Below, one piece after another: positions 8,653 to 17,413 of a stretch of DNA of 64,000 nucleotides. The stretch is from Phycisphaeraceae bacterium. Its GTDB lineage: Bacteria; Planctomycetota; Phycisphaerae; Phycisphaerales; Phycisphaeraceae. A program made the position numbers and the translations under genes. The DNA lies in contig JAJDCX010000016.1 in the NCBI GenBank assembly GCA_029260615.1, positions 1,464 through 65,463 on the forward strand, in the 5' to 3' direction. Each line of letters begins with the position of its first letter. Position 1 is the first letter of the stretch. The notes beneath the pieces were generated by a model. It had not been told where the DNA came from and did not search any database. It was given only the letters and a program-made list of their open reading frames with translations.

Positions 8653-8994
8653 CTCAAGCGTAGCCAGCTTTGTCGAGGAGGTTGAAGAGGACCACCAGAA
8701 CCAAGAAGTAGCGGAGAGGGGGAGGGGGTGTTAGGATGGCACAGGTATCAGACAAAACCCTAACAGGGTGGGTAGGCGATTCGGTAAAAACTGCGTGGCG
8801 AAAATTGGAATTGACTATCCATCACTTGGTACCTATTAATCGAAAAGTGTGGCACACAGAGCCATGCACTCACTGATAAACGAATTATGCAGTCATTAAT
8901 AATCGTCTTTCGGGCATAGTTGGTAGGCTTGAGCCTTATGTAGCGAGGTTTGAGACCTGTTCTTGCCGTTCGACAACACACTTCGGAAGCACGG

Positions 8995-10743
8995 ATGCTC
9001 CGCGAACTACACATCCAAAACCTCGCTGTCATCGAGGACGCCAAGATCGAATTTGCGACCGGGCTTAACGTCTTTACCGGGCAGACCGGGGCGGGCAAGA
9101 GCTTGGTTATTGGAGCGTTTGAGGTTCTCCTAGGCCTGCGCACGGCTGGGGACATGATGCGAGCCGGGGCTGAGCAGGCACGGGTGACGGGGCTTTTTGA
9201 GGTCCACGATCCTGGGATCGCCCAGCAGATCGGGACGCTCTTGGATCAGCCGATCGAGCCCGGTGAAGAGGTGCTGGTCAACCGTAAGCTCTTCGCGTCC
9301 GGGCGATCTAGTGTTTCTGTTAACGGGCTGCCGGTGACCAACGCGATGGTCAAGCAGATCGGGCAACTGATCGTTGACATCCACGGCCAACACGACCACC
9401 AACACCTACTGAAGCCTTCTAACCAACTGCACATCCTCGACGCCTTCGCAAAATGTACGGAGGACCGGCTGCGTTTTGCCCAGGGGCTTGGTGATCTACG
9501 CGAACTTAATAAGACACACCGGGAGTTGACCACGGGCGCGGACCTTCGACGGCAGCAACTGGATCTTTACGAGTTTCAGGCTGACGAGATCGACGCGATC
9601 GAGCCGCAGCTTGGTGAGTTCCCCGAGTTGCAGGCGAGGCACCGAGTGCTCAATAGTTTGCAACGTATCAAGCAGGATGCGGGGGGTGCGCACGCCGCGC
9701 TGTATGAGGCGGAGGGGTCTGTGGCTGAGCGGTTGCAGGTCATCGCTCACCTGCTGTTGGAGTTGGCGGAGCTTGACCCGGACTTGGGTGAGATTGCGGA
9801 GCAGGTGCGCACCTCGACGTTGACTCTGCAGGAGTCCGCGTTTGAGTTGGGGCGGTATGTCGATCGGCTTGAGTACGACCCCGGCGAGGTGGATGAGGTC
9901 GATCAACGGTTGAACGTCTTGAACCGCTTGGTCAGCAAGTACGGCGACGGGCAGAAGTCGCAAGACCCGCTTGCGCATGTGATGGCTTACCGTCAGGAGA
10001 TCGGGGAGAAGATCGCCGACTTGCGTTCGATGGATAGCGACCTTGGTGGGATTGATGAGCGGATCGAGGTCTGCCGGGCCGGGCTGGTGACCACCGCCAA
10101 ACGTCTGACCAAGGCGCGTGTGAAGGCGGGGAAGCAGGTCCAGCCTTTGGTGGCGGGACAGTTCAAAGAATTAGGCATGGGGGAGGCGGTGTTCGACATC
10201 GCGTTTGAGTCGTTGGTGCTTGATGACCAAGCGGGGCCATCGGGTTTAGATGCGGTGGAGATGCTGGTTCAGACCAATCCGGGCCAGCCGATGCAGCCGT
10301 TACGGAAGATCGCATCCGGCGGTGAGATGTCGCGGATCATGCTTGCGCTAAAGTCGGTGCTGGCTGCGAGCGATCGGATCAGTGTGTTGGTGTTTGATGA
10401 GATCGATGCCAACATCGGCGGTCGGCTGGGGACGGTCATCGGCAAGAAACTCAGGCAGCTCGCCAACGGGCAGAGCCAGGGGGGCTCGGTCTCCGACTAC
10501 GCCCTGTCTCACCAGATCCTTTGTATCTCGCACCTCCCACAGATCGCGGCGTTTGCGGATAACCATCTGCGTATCAGCAAGGACGTCACAGGCAAAGGCA
10601 AGACACGGCAGACACACACAACAGTCTCTACGATCAAAGGCAAGACCCGTATCGAGGAGCTCGCGGAGATGATGGCGGGGAAACTGGTCACGGCGACGAC
10701 CCGTAAGCAGGCACGGGAGTTGATCACGGCTGCGGGGGAGTAA
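8995..10743 (+). CDS. recN: DNA repair protein RecN
   Basis: The N-terminus from the ATG at 8995, MLRELHIQNLAVIEDAKIEF...FTGQTGAGKS (Walker A), is canonical RecN. Long coiled-coil middle. C-terminal SGGEMSRIMLALK signature and VLVFDEID Walker B. Confidence 0.9.
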   Translation: MLRELHIQNLAVIEDAKIEFATGLNVFTGQTGAGKSLVIGAFEVLLGLRTAGDMMRAGAEQARVTGLFEVHDPGIAQQIGTLLDQPIEPGEEVLVNRKLFASGRSSVSVNGLPVTNAMVKQIGQLIVDIHGQHDHQHLLKPSNQLHILDAFAKCTEDRLRFAQGLGDLRELNKTHRELTTGADLRRQQLDLYEFQADEIDAIEPQLGEFPELQARHRVLNSLQRIKQDAGGAHAALYEAEGSVAERLQVIAHLLLELAELDPDLGEIAEQVRTSTLTLQESAFELGRYVDRLEYDPGEVDEVDQRLNVLNRLVSKYGDGQKSQDPLAHVMAYRQEIGEKIADLRSMDSDLGGIDERIEVCRAGLVTTAKRLTKARVKAGKQVQPLVAGQFKELGMGEAVFDIAFESLVLDDQAGPSGLDAVEMLVQTNPGQPMQPLRKIASGGEMSRIMLALKSVLAASDRISVLVFDEIDANIGGRLGTVIGKKLRQLANGQSQGGSVSDYALSHQILCISHLPQIAAFADNHLRISKDVTGKGKTRQTHTTVSTIKGKTRIEELAEMMAGKLVTATTRKQARELITAAGE

Positions 10744-10789
10744 ACGATAGATAGAAGAGTCAGGCTGTCGTGCTGTACATGGCAGTAGC

Positions 10790-10795
10790 TATACT
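10790..10795 (+). promoter_or_regulatory. Candidate -10 box TATACT, 6 nt upstream of the ATG at 10802 (predicted leaderless transcript)
   Basis: TATACT-GCATAC-ATG. No Shine-Dalgarno sequence. The same geometry recurs at six other gene starts in the window. Confidence 0.4.
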
Positions 10796-10801
10796 GCATA
10801 C

Positions 10802-11032
10802 ATGAACGATTCCAAGCGATTATTGCGAGGTCGGGTTGGATCGCCGGACCGTGTTCAGCGGCTGGTCATCGGGTTGCTCCTCATGGGCCTGAATATCACG
10901 GGCCTGATCCTTCATCCCGAGTGGCTTAGATGGGTTGCACTACTCGTGCAGGTGGAGTTGGTTTACACAGCGATGATCGGTTGGTGCCCGTTGTACTGGT
11001 CGTTTGGCACGCATTCATGTTCGATCCGCTGA
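10802..11032 (+). CDS. DUF2892 (YgaP-like) small membrane protein
   Basis: 76 aa, two hydrophobic helices. C-terminal IGWCPLYWSFG matches the conserved G-x-C-P-x-Y motif of DUF2892. Confidence 0.65.
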   Translation: MNDSKRLLRGRVGSPDRVQRLVIGLLLMGLNITGLILHPEWLRWVALLVQVELVYTAMIGWCPLYWSFGTHSCSIR

Positions 11033-11171
11033 GGTACGGCCGCGTGGTATTAACAGCGACCGCTTGAGTTATTTAATGCCCCCGGCTCCCCCCCAGTAAG
11101 GTTCCCGGATAAGATCCCCGGATAGGTCCCCCGTGATTCTCTTGGCCTCCGCTCCACTTCGGATTCCAAGG

Positions 11172-11828
11172 CTAAGAGACCCCGGCACCGCCGGCGAGCC
11201 TGTTGAGTTGTTGGCGTTGCACAGACATGCTTAGCTTATGAATGGCATTAACCAGTGGGTTTACTGGGTTGCTTGTTTTGACACAGTTGACTCCGTAACG
11301 GTATCGGCCTTGGGTCAGTTCTGTGACGCTCTGTATACTTGTTGGGCCGGTGTAGACATTGCCTTCCAACGTAATCTTGGTTTCGACGACCTGCCCGATC
11401 TTGTAGCTGGTCGATGAAGTGACGGCGAATCCTGTCTGGCTGATGTCGAGCATCGGGCAGTCGGGCTCATCACCAAACGATGAGATAGAGATATTGGTGA
11501 CCGACGTTCGGACTCGGTAGCACTGCCGGTCTTCGGCGGACATGGGGGAGCCCAAGGTCTGGAGGATGAAGCGTGGCCCGGATTCGCCATCAAACACGGC
11601 GTCCACCTTGACGGCTTGCTGCATGAACTGGCGGTTGTGATCGAAGTAGATCAGGAGCTCCATGCCTACTTCCAACTTCAGGGTCGAATCCAATGTCAGG
11701 CCGTCCTCTTGCGGCTGGATCATCAGGTTGTCACCAGCAGCCACCTCTGAGAGTTTCATGGGGTGTAGGATTCGGGCCTTGCTTTCGCTGGGAAGGCGGA
11801 CGAAGACGGTAGATCCTGGTGTTGGCAT
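11172..11828 (-). CDS. PilZ domain protein (YcgR-like, putative c-di-GMP receptor)
   Basis: 218 aa. The RxxxR motif (RQCYR in EDRQCYRVRT) and the D-x-S-x-x-G motif (DISQTGF), about 30 residues apart, are the two PilZ c-di-GMP binding signatures. An N-terminal beta-rich domain precedes them. Confidence 0.7.
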   Translation of the reverse strand: MPTPGSTVFVRLPSESKARILHPMKLSEVAAGDNLMIQPQEDGLTLDSTLKLEVGMELLIYFDHNRQFMQQAVKVDAVFDGESGPRFILQTLGSPMSAEDRQCYRVRTSVTNISISSFGDEPDCPMLDISQTGFAVTSSTSYKIGQVVETKITLEGNVYTGPTSIQSVTELTQGRYRYGVNCVKTSNPVNPLVNAIHKLSMSVQRQQLNRLAGGAGVS

Positions 11829-11844
11829 ATCACTTGATCCTGTG

Positions 11845-11850
11845 ATTCTA
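11845..11850 (-). promoter_or_regulatory. Candidate -10 box TAGAAT for the PilZ gene
   Basis: Minus-sense cTTAGAATCac, 16 nt upstream of the ATG at 11828. CTGTCA sits 17 nt further upstream as a possible -35. Confidence 0.3.
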
Positions 11851-12478
11851 AGATAGGTCGGCCTTTTGACAGATTGGTATCACCTACCAAGTATCGGCTC
11901 TGTGCGCAGGCCGCATAAACCTACCCGGTAGGAACGTATTTACAGGCAATTAGCGGTGTTCAGCAGTCCGATTTCGTATCTGGACCGCACAATCAAAAGT
12001 TAATGGTGTCTCAATATTCTTTTGTTCTATCGTCATCCTGCTATACACTTGCGGCCAATCGGGTCTTTGTAAAAAGACGTTTGTGAGGCCTCACGATTTT
12101 CCGGCGGTAACGGCAGGCGCGGGGTCAGCGGGACCGGGTCGAGCCCACGTCCTGTGATCCGTCATCTAGCCGGGACGATCCGCTACAACGTCCCCCCCGG
12201 GAGTGTTCGAATTTTCATTCGATTGGCTTCCGGTGGCCTCCGGTTGCAACCAGATGAAACCTGGAAAACAGCCGGGGGTGGGGGCAGCCCTCGAGTCCCG
12301 GTCCTTTTAATCTTTGGATACTCAGGGTAGCTGACGATCGTCGCCGTGAGGTTGTCGGCAGGCACGATTGAAAAATAAATCGCGTCTCCATAGTTGGATG
12401 ATGCGTCAGGTTTGTGCGCACAGAGGCGACCACTTTATCGCCAGAGAGGGTGTAAGTTGAGTTGGTAAGGGGGATAAG

Positions 12479-12502
12479 AAAATGTGCGATTCTGCACATT
12501 TT
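12479..12502. terminator. Symmetric A/T-flanked hairpin (possible bidirectional intrinsic terminator)
   Basis: AAAATGTGC (12479-12487), GATTCT loop, GCACATTTT (12494-12502). Perfect 9-bp stem whose arms supply a U-run on either strand. About 160 nt downstream of the dioxygenase stop. Confidence 0.4.
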
Positions 12503-12661
12503 TAATGGGAGAATCGGTCAGATTGTGCGCACGAAAGCGGGTTTTGGCCCCATCAATCTCCATCACCGACTTCAAGATTCCTGACACCTTTGTCGCACCG
12601 CGGAGAAGATGGGGGAGGCGGACAGGGGGGAATGTTGCGGTGAGGGTTAGTAGGTTGAACA

Positions 12662-13387
12662 TCAAGTTGGGGCGAGGATGATGTCGAAGGTGCCTGATTT
12701 ATAGGTGGTCTGGTCGCGCTTATGAGATTCGAGTTCGATGATCAGTGAACTCTTGATGAAGGGGTCTTTGGTTTGATGGGGGTCGCCCTTGAAATAGAGC
12801 TGAGTGATTAGTGTGTGGTAGCCTTGCGCACGGACGAGGTAGTGGATGTGTGGAGGGCGCCAGACGTTGGGGCCTGTTTGGTAGACACCGGGGTGGATGG
12901 TTTCGTATTCGTATTGGCCTTGCTCGTCGGTGAGTACGCGGGCGCGGTTGAGGAAGACGTCGGGGGCGGGGGGGTTGCGCGGGTCGTCGTTGTCGTAGCG
13001 ACCTTGAGCGTTGGCTTGCCAGATATCGAGGGTGACGCCGGGCAGGGGTTTCTTGGTGTCCAGCCCCCAGAGTGTGCCGCCGATGAGCAGGACGGTGCCG
13101 GGCTCAAGCGGGGGTGTGATCTTTCCGCGGTAGGGTGCGTGTTCGCGGTGGAAGGGGCCAAGGATGTTGGGTTCGGTAGCAGACCATTTCGAGCTTTGAT
13201 CGGTTGTGGTGGGCGGGGTGTCGATCGACTCGCCTTGGTTGGCCAGGTAGTCGCCGTAGGAGCCGAGCCCGCCGGAAGATTCGGTGGGTTGTGCCCCAGT
13301 TTTTAAGGTTAATCCGGAGGCTGTTGCGACGCCCAGGCCCAGAAGTGAATGTCGCAGGAAGGTACGGCGTGACGGGTGGGTTACCAT
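12662..13387 (-). CDS. Tat-exported intradiol ring-cleavage dioxygenase-like protein
   Basis: 241 aa. Twin-arginine signal SRRTFLRHSLLGLGVATASG. Core GVTLDIWQANAQGRYDNDD...HPGVY...RPPHIHYLV...LITQLYF matches the intradiol dioxygenase (protocatechuate/catechol dioxygenase beta-sandwich) family. Confidence 0.75.
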   Translation of the reverse strand: MVTHPSRRTFLRHSLLGLGVATASGLTLKTGAQPTESSGGLGSYGDYLANQGESIDTPPTTTDQSSKWSATEPNILGPFHREHAPYRGKITPPLEPGTVLLIGGTLWGLDTKKPLPGVTLDIWQANAQGRYDNDDPRNPPAPDVFLNRARVLTDEQGQYEYETIHPGVYQTGPNVWRPPHIHYLVRAQGYHTLITQLYFKGDPHQTKDPFIKSSLIIELESHKRDQTTYKSGTFDIILAPT

Positions 13388-13417
13388 GAAGAATCTCCCA
13401 GATATTACTTACTTAAC

Positions 13418-13423
13418 ATTATA
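13418..13423 (-). promoter_or_regulatory. Candidate -10 box TATAAT for the dioxygenase gene, followed by a GGGAGA Shine-Dalgarno box
   Basis: Minus-sense cccgTATAATgttaag...ctGGGAGAttcttcATG. Perfect consensus hexamer in an AT-rich patch. The SD box is at 13394-13399. Confidence 0.4.
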
Positions 13424-13476
13424 CGGGTGTGGACGTGTTGGGGTTCATTGGTGCGCGCGGGGGGCTAGTTACGAGG

Positions 13477-13836
13477 TCAGGTTAGCAGATAGACCAGCAG
13501 TGCAACCTGAAGGATGACGACGGCCCAGTAAGTGAGTTGGAATGATCGCTTAACGGTCTTGTGGCGGAGGAGTAGTTGTGCGAGGAGGGCGGCAGGAGAA
13601 CCGCCTATGAGGGCGAGGCCGTGGAGGGTTCGTTCGGGGATGCGGCGTTTTGACTTTCGGGCGGCGTGTTTGTCGTAGGCGTAGATCAGGAAGGTGATGG
13701 TGTTGATGGTAATCAGGTAAATGAGGGGCGCGTTCCAGCTAGGGTGCCAGTGCCAGAGCACATACCAACTGTCGTGCCTGCTGAGGCGGAGGGATAGTGT
13801 GAGGTGGGGAGAACTGAGGGAAATGGGGAGAGGCAT
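13477..13836 (-). CDS. DUF1294 membrane protein
   Basis: FLIYAYDKHAARKSKRRIPERTLHGLALIGGSPAALLAQLLLRHKTVKRSF matches the DUF1294 core (YxxDKxxAxxxxxRIPExxL...GG...HKTxK). The start could be internal. Confidence 0.7.
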   Translation of the reverse strand: MPLPISLSSPHLTLSLRLSRHDSWYVLWHWHPSWNAPLIYLITINTITFLIYAYDKHAARKSKRRIPERTLHGLALIGGSPAALLAQLLLRHKTVKRSFQLTYWAVVILQVALLVYLLT

Positions 13837-13998
13837 ACGAGTTTGAGATTGGGGTTAGGGGAGGATATCACGGAGGGCGCGGAGGCACTGGGGGGGATGG
13901 TGCCAACCGTGTCAGTCAGCGGGAGTGTAATCTTCCCCGTCCTGCGGGCGATCAAAAGTGGAGGGTTTGGGTGTCTGGTGTATGCTATTACCAGCCAA

Positions 13999-14361
13999 TT
14001 AAAATTCGTGTTCATTGACAATAAAGGCGGAAGACTTTGAATGATCTATGAAATTGCCTTCATCTTTCAGTAGATCAGCGCCCAGTTTCTGCCCCAGGGG
14101 TGAATTCATTCCTTCCATCAGGGCTTCTTCTGATTCAAACCACACTTCGGCGACCCCATCGTATTCGGGCAACATTCCTCTAGAAGTCCGTAGGCCCTCG
14201 TTCAAGGGCGTGTCAATGGTGTGTGATTGCACATACTTTATTGCGCCCATCGTGTCGGCATTACCCATGAAAAATGGGCCATGCTTATTCTTCCAATAAT
14301 CCCTGAATTCTTCGCGAGTCATATCTGGGTGTCTCGTTATACACATAACGAATTTGATCAT
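13999..14361 (-). CDS. EthD-domain protein
   Basis: 120 aa. MIKFVMCITRHPDMTREEFRDYWKNKHGPF...AEVWFES has the EthD family pattern. AGGAG Shine-Dalgarno box 9 nt upstream. The gene is visibly AT-richer than its surroundings. Confidence 0.65.
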   Translation of the reverse strand: MIKFVMCITRHPDMTREEFRDYWKNKHGPFFMGNADTMGAIKYVQSHTIDTPLNEGLRTSRGMLPEYDGVAEVWFESEEALMEGMNSPLGQKLGADLLKDEGNFIDHSKSSAFIVNEHEF

Positions 14362-14582
14362 CTTTTATGCTCCTGAACTTAGTGGGTGTTGTGAGGCTGA
14401 CTTGTGATTCTCTCATCAGGATGCGATGCGAAAACTCTGGCTGGTTCGATAGGCCTGTCCTGGCCCGAAGACGGAGTAGGGGCCTATGCCATAGTAGTAA
14501 TCGCTTGAGGCGACTTGATCCGTACCGTAGCTGGATTCAATATATCTGATCGAACACCGCAGATTGTCGATTGCCGCTTCTG

Positions 14583-15155
14583 TCAGCTTAGGCCGACGGT
14601 GATAGGCACGGGCTGGGGTTGGACGACATGGGTGGGTTGGACGGCGATGTTCAGGGGGACGCGTTTGCCGTCGGGGCCCTTGGGGGGGATGTTGTCTAGA
14701 TCGATGATGCGTTGGATGGCCATGACGGCTTCGATGAGTGTTTCGGGTCGTGGTGGGCAGCCGGGGACGTAGACGTCGACGGGGACGTACTGGTCGATGC
14801 CCTGGACAACGGCGTAGGTGTCGAAGACGCCGCCGGTGGAGGCGCAGGCGCCCATAGAGATGACCCATTTGGGTTCGGTCATCTGCTGGTAGATGCGTTG
14901 TAGGACGGGGAGCATTTTTATGCTGACTCGGCCGGCGACGATCATGAGGTCTGCCTGGCGTGGGCTGAAGCGCATGACTTCGGCGCCGAAGCGTGCGAGG
15001 TCGTAGCGGCTGGACGCGGTGGCCATGAGTTCGATGCCGCAGCAGGCGGTGGCGAAGGGCATGGGCCAGATGGCGGACCGGCGGGACCAGTTGATGAGTT
15101 TCTGGACCTGCGTGGTGATGATGCTGTCGGAGGGAAGTAAGGTTTCGACGCCCAT
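14583..15155 (-). CDS. nuoB: NADH-quinone oxidoreductase subunit B (isolated gene)
   Basis: [24 protein letters not shown] and VPGCPPRPE supply the four N2-cluster cysteines of NuoB/Nqo6. About 40-aa C-terminal extension. No nuoA or nuoC adjacent. Confidence 0.9.
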   Translation of the reverse strand: MGVETLLPSDSIITTQVQKLINWSRRSAIWPMPFATACCGIELMATASSRYDLARFGAEVMRFSPRQADLMIVAGRVSIKMLPVLQRIYQQMTEPKWVISMGACASTGGVFDTYAVVQGIDQYVPVDVYVPGCPPRPETLIEAVMAIQRIIDLDNIPPKGPDGKRVPLNIAVQPTHVVQPQPVPITVGLS

Positions 15156-15316
15156 GTTTTGGTCCTGGGTCTAGGGGCTAGTGTCTTGGTGATTATCGGC
15201 CAGTTGAGCCGAGCGTATCCAAGTCTGATGGCAAATGTTAGGCGAAACGGGTGTTGGAGTAAACGGACGCTGGGAGTGTGGCGGGGGAACAGTCCAGTGG
15301 GGGGGGCGGGATGGCC

Positions 15317-15322
15317 GATATT
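15317..15322 (+). promoter_or_regulatory. Candidate -10 box GATATT, 6 nt upstream of the in-frame ATG at 15329 (predicted leaderless start of the glycosyltransferase)
   Basis: AT-rich island gatattgaatatATG in otherwise GC-rich DNA. Same N6 geometry as the other sites. Confidence 0.3.
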
Positions 15323-15328
15323 GAATAT

Positions 15329-16642
15329 ATGTCGAGAGATAGAGACGCCATGGTCTCGGGTGGGGTGCCCAAAGACATCGGTAGGACAACGACCCGGCTG
15401 ATCGTCTTCAGTGATGATTTTGGTCGGCACCCGTCTAGCTGCCAGCACCTGGTGGGTGAGTTGTTGGAGCGGAATTGGGACTGCTGCGGGAGCGGGGATT
15501 GCCCGGGGTGCCGGGTGTATCAGGTGCTGTGGGTGAACACGATCGGGACGCGGCGGCCTGGGCTGTCATGGGCGGACCTGTCGCGGGCTGCGGGTAAGCT
15601 GCGGGGATGGGTGGGGGCCCCGGATGGAACTACTGCGGATGGTACGGGAAGTCCTGAGGGGTTGACCGTGATTAATCCGAAGATGTGGCCGGGGTTCAGG
15701 CGTCCCTCTCAACGGAAATTTAATGCGCGGTCAATCACGCAAGCGGTGCATGGTGCGCTGGGTGAGCGTGTCCCGGGTGAGGAACGTATTGCGATCACGA
15801 CGTTGCCGATCACGGCGGACCTGGTTGGGCAACTGGATGTGGACCGGTGGGTTTACTATTGCGTGGATGATTTTTCTGTTTGGCCGGGGCTTGATAGCTC
15901 GGTGATGCAGGCGATGGAGCGTGAGTTGGTAGTCTCGGTCGATGATGTGGTCGCGGTGTCGGCGACGTTGGGGGGCCGTGTTGCAGGGATGGGTAAGGTT
16001 GCGGGTCTGTTGACCCATGGGATCGATGACCGGCATTGGGGTGTTGGGGGGGAAGCGCTAAGCCGCAAGCGGCTGGAGAGGAAGCCGGGATGGTGGCCTG
16101 ATGTAGCGGGCCCGGTGGCGCTGTTCTGGGGGTTGATCGATCAGAGGCTGGATGTTGGCTGGTGCCGGGCGTTGTCAGAGGAGCTTGGCCGGCAAGGGGG
16201 CAGTCTGGTGTTGGCGGGGCCTGAACAGAACGCTGATGCTACTATTCATGAGTTAGCGAACACGGTGCTGCCGGGTGCGGTGGCGTATGAGGCGTTGCCG
16301 GGGTTGGCTGCTGCGGCGGATGTGTTGGTGATGCCTTACATCGATGCGCCGGTGAGCCGTGCGATGCAGCCTTTGAAGTTTAAGGAGTACCTGGCGACGG
16401 GTCGGCCGGTGGTGGTGCGTGATCTGCCAGCGACGCGGGGGTGGGGGGATTGTTGTGATGTGGTTGGGGATGAAAATGATTTTGTGCGTGTTTGTCTGGA
16501 GCGGGCCATCGGTGGGATGCCGGGGAAGCAAGGCAAGTGCCGTGATCGCAGATTGCGGGGCGAGTCGTGGTCCGAGAAGGCGCGGCAGTTTGCGGGGATC
16601 TGGACGGGGGGCACGAACCCGCCGATGAGAATTGCCGCATGA
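15329..16642 (+). CDS. Glycosyltransferase (GT4/GT1-like, TuaH-like N-terminus)
   Basis: The N-terminal box RLIVFSDDFGRHPSSCQHLVGELL resembles TuaH-type glycosyltransferases. C-terminal VLVMPY...QPLKFKEYLATGRPVV is the GT-B sugar-donor domain pattern. Start is uncertain; the ORF is open from 15278, with ATGs at 15311 and 15329. Confidence 0.65.
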   Translation: MSRDRDAMVSGGVPKDIGRTTTRLIVFSDDFGRHPSSCQHLVGELLERNWDCCGSGDCPGCRVYQVLWVNTIGTRRPGLSWADLSRAAGKLRGWVGAPDGTTADGTGSPEGLTVINPKMWPGFRRPSQRKFNARSITQAVHGALGERVPGEERIAITTLPITADLVGQLDVDRWVYYCVDDFSVWPGLDSSVMQAMERELVVSVDDVVAVSATLGGRVAGMGKVAGLLTHGIDDRHWGVGGEALSRKRLERKPGWWPDVAGPVALFWGLIDQRLDVGWCRALSEELGRQGGSLVLAGPEQNADATIHELANTVLPGAVAYEALPGLAAAADVLVMPYIDAPVSRAMQPLKFKEYLATGRPVVVRDLPATRGWGDCCDVVGDENDFVRVCLERAIGGMPGKQGKCRDRRLRGESWSEKARQFAGIWTGGTNPPMRIAA

Positions 16643-17280
16643 CTATTGGACCAACAGATAATAACCCCCAGATAAGTAAGACGGTTGGGCGCACGGCCGG
16701 GCTGGTGCTGGCGCTGCCTAACTTGGTGGGGTATGTGCTGGGCACACGGATGCTAGGCAGGGATCGTGCGTTTGCGTTGGCCAGTGAACGGTTGGCAAAA
16801 CGCGGGGGGTTATTGGGAATCTATGTCAGGCAGGCGTTTTACCGCTACACGACGGGGGGCGTGGGGCGTGATGTTTGCTTTGGGTTTATGAGTGTGTTCA
16901 GTAAACCGGCGGTACGCATCGGCCAGCGTGTTTATATCGGGCGTTTCTGCTCGATCGGGTGGGCGGAGATCCAGGACGATGTGATGCTGGCGGACGGTGT
17001 GCAGATCCTGTCGGGGAGGCATCAGCACGGGGCAGAGTCGCAGGACGGTGGGGCTTTGCGAGATAATGAGCAGGTGTATCGGTGTGTCACGATCGGGCGT
17101 GGGGCATGGATCGGTGCGGGTGCGGTGGTGATGGCCGATGTGGGTGCGGGTGCGGTGGTGGCTGCGGGTGCGGTGGTGGTTAAGGCGGTGGCTGGCGGCG
17201 CGAAGGTCGGGGGCGTGCCTGCGAAGTCCCTTGGGTCGAGTAACGTTAAGCGGTCTGGGGTTAAGGCGATGGCGGCTTGA
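16639..17280 (+). CDS. Left-handed beta-helix (hexapeptide repeat) acyl/acetyltransferase
   Basis: Hexapeptide repeats IGRGAWIGAGAVVMADVGAGAVVAAGAVVVKAV. The ATG at 16639 overlaps the upstream stop (ATGA). Confidence 0.75.
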   Translation: MTIGPTDNNPQISKTVGRTAGLVLALPNLVGYVLGTRMLGRDRAFALASERLAKRGGLLGIYVRQAFYRYTTGGVGRDVCFGFMSVFSKPAVRIGQRVYIGRFCSIGWAEIQDDVMLADGVQILSGRHQHGAESQDGGALRDNEQVYRCVTIGRGAWIGAGAVVMADVGAGAVVAAGAVVVKAVAGGAKVGGVPAKSLGSSNVKRSGVKAMAA

Positions 17281-17413
17281 TCTTGATTGATTGCCTGGCG
17301 GGTCCGATAGCTCATCTCCAAAGTATTACACCCCGGGGACTCTTTAAGGCCGCCTTAGAGCGCCGATAGCAGTCATATGCCGATCTGCACAGTAGTTATC
17401 GTGCAGCGGTGTA

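Noticed and set aside
8728-8765. Inverted repeat TGTTAGG-N23-CCTAACA downstream of the decarboxylase gene as a terminator
   Set aside because: The stem is 7 bp, the loop is 23 nt and there is no U-run. This is too weak to call an intrinsic terminator.
8881-8905. Imperfect palindrome CGAATTATGCAGTCATTAATAATCG upstream of recN as a possible LexA/SOS box
   Set aside because: The arms are imperfect (CGAATTAT versus ATAATCG). I do not know a validated LexA consensus for this lineage, and no second copy is visible upstream of radA or mutY.
11104-11126. Direct repeat CCCGGATAAG / CCCGGATAGG (13-bp period) between the DUF2892 and PilZ gene ends
   Set aside because: It lies between two convergent stop codons where no promoter is expected. 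It is only two short copies, and I cannot assign a role.
12121-12330. Possible structured RNA gene (tmRNA, SRP RNA, RNase P RNA, guanidine/ykkC or c-di-GMP riboswitch) in the large gap
   Set aside because: GGGGTCAGCGGGACCGGGTCGAGCCC vaguely recalls a tmRNA 5' end, and CCTGGAAAACAGCC vaguely recalls the SRP GGAA loop. CCCGGGAG recalls the ykkC 3' box. However, the diagnostic elements are absent on both strands: the tRNA-like 3' end with GGTTCGA...CCA, AGGUCCGGAAGGAAGCAGC, and GGAAAGUCCGGGC. No suitable downstream gene exists for a plus-strand riboswitch. The region is kept only as an unexplained gap in the findings.
14416-14868. 150-aa minus-strand ORF overlapping nuoB out of frame and extending into the nuoB-EthD spacer
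   Set aside because: The product is Arg/Pro/His-rich nonsense over the nuoB part. The spacer part has no start codon of its own, and I could not support a small gene there.
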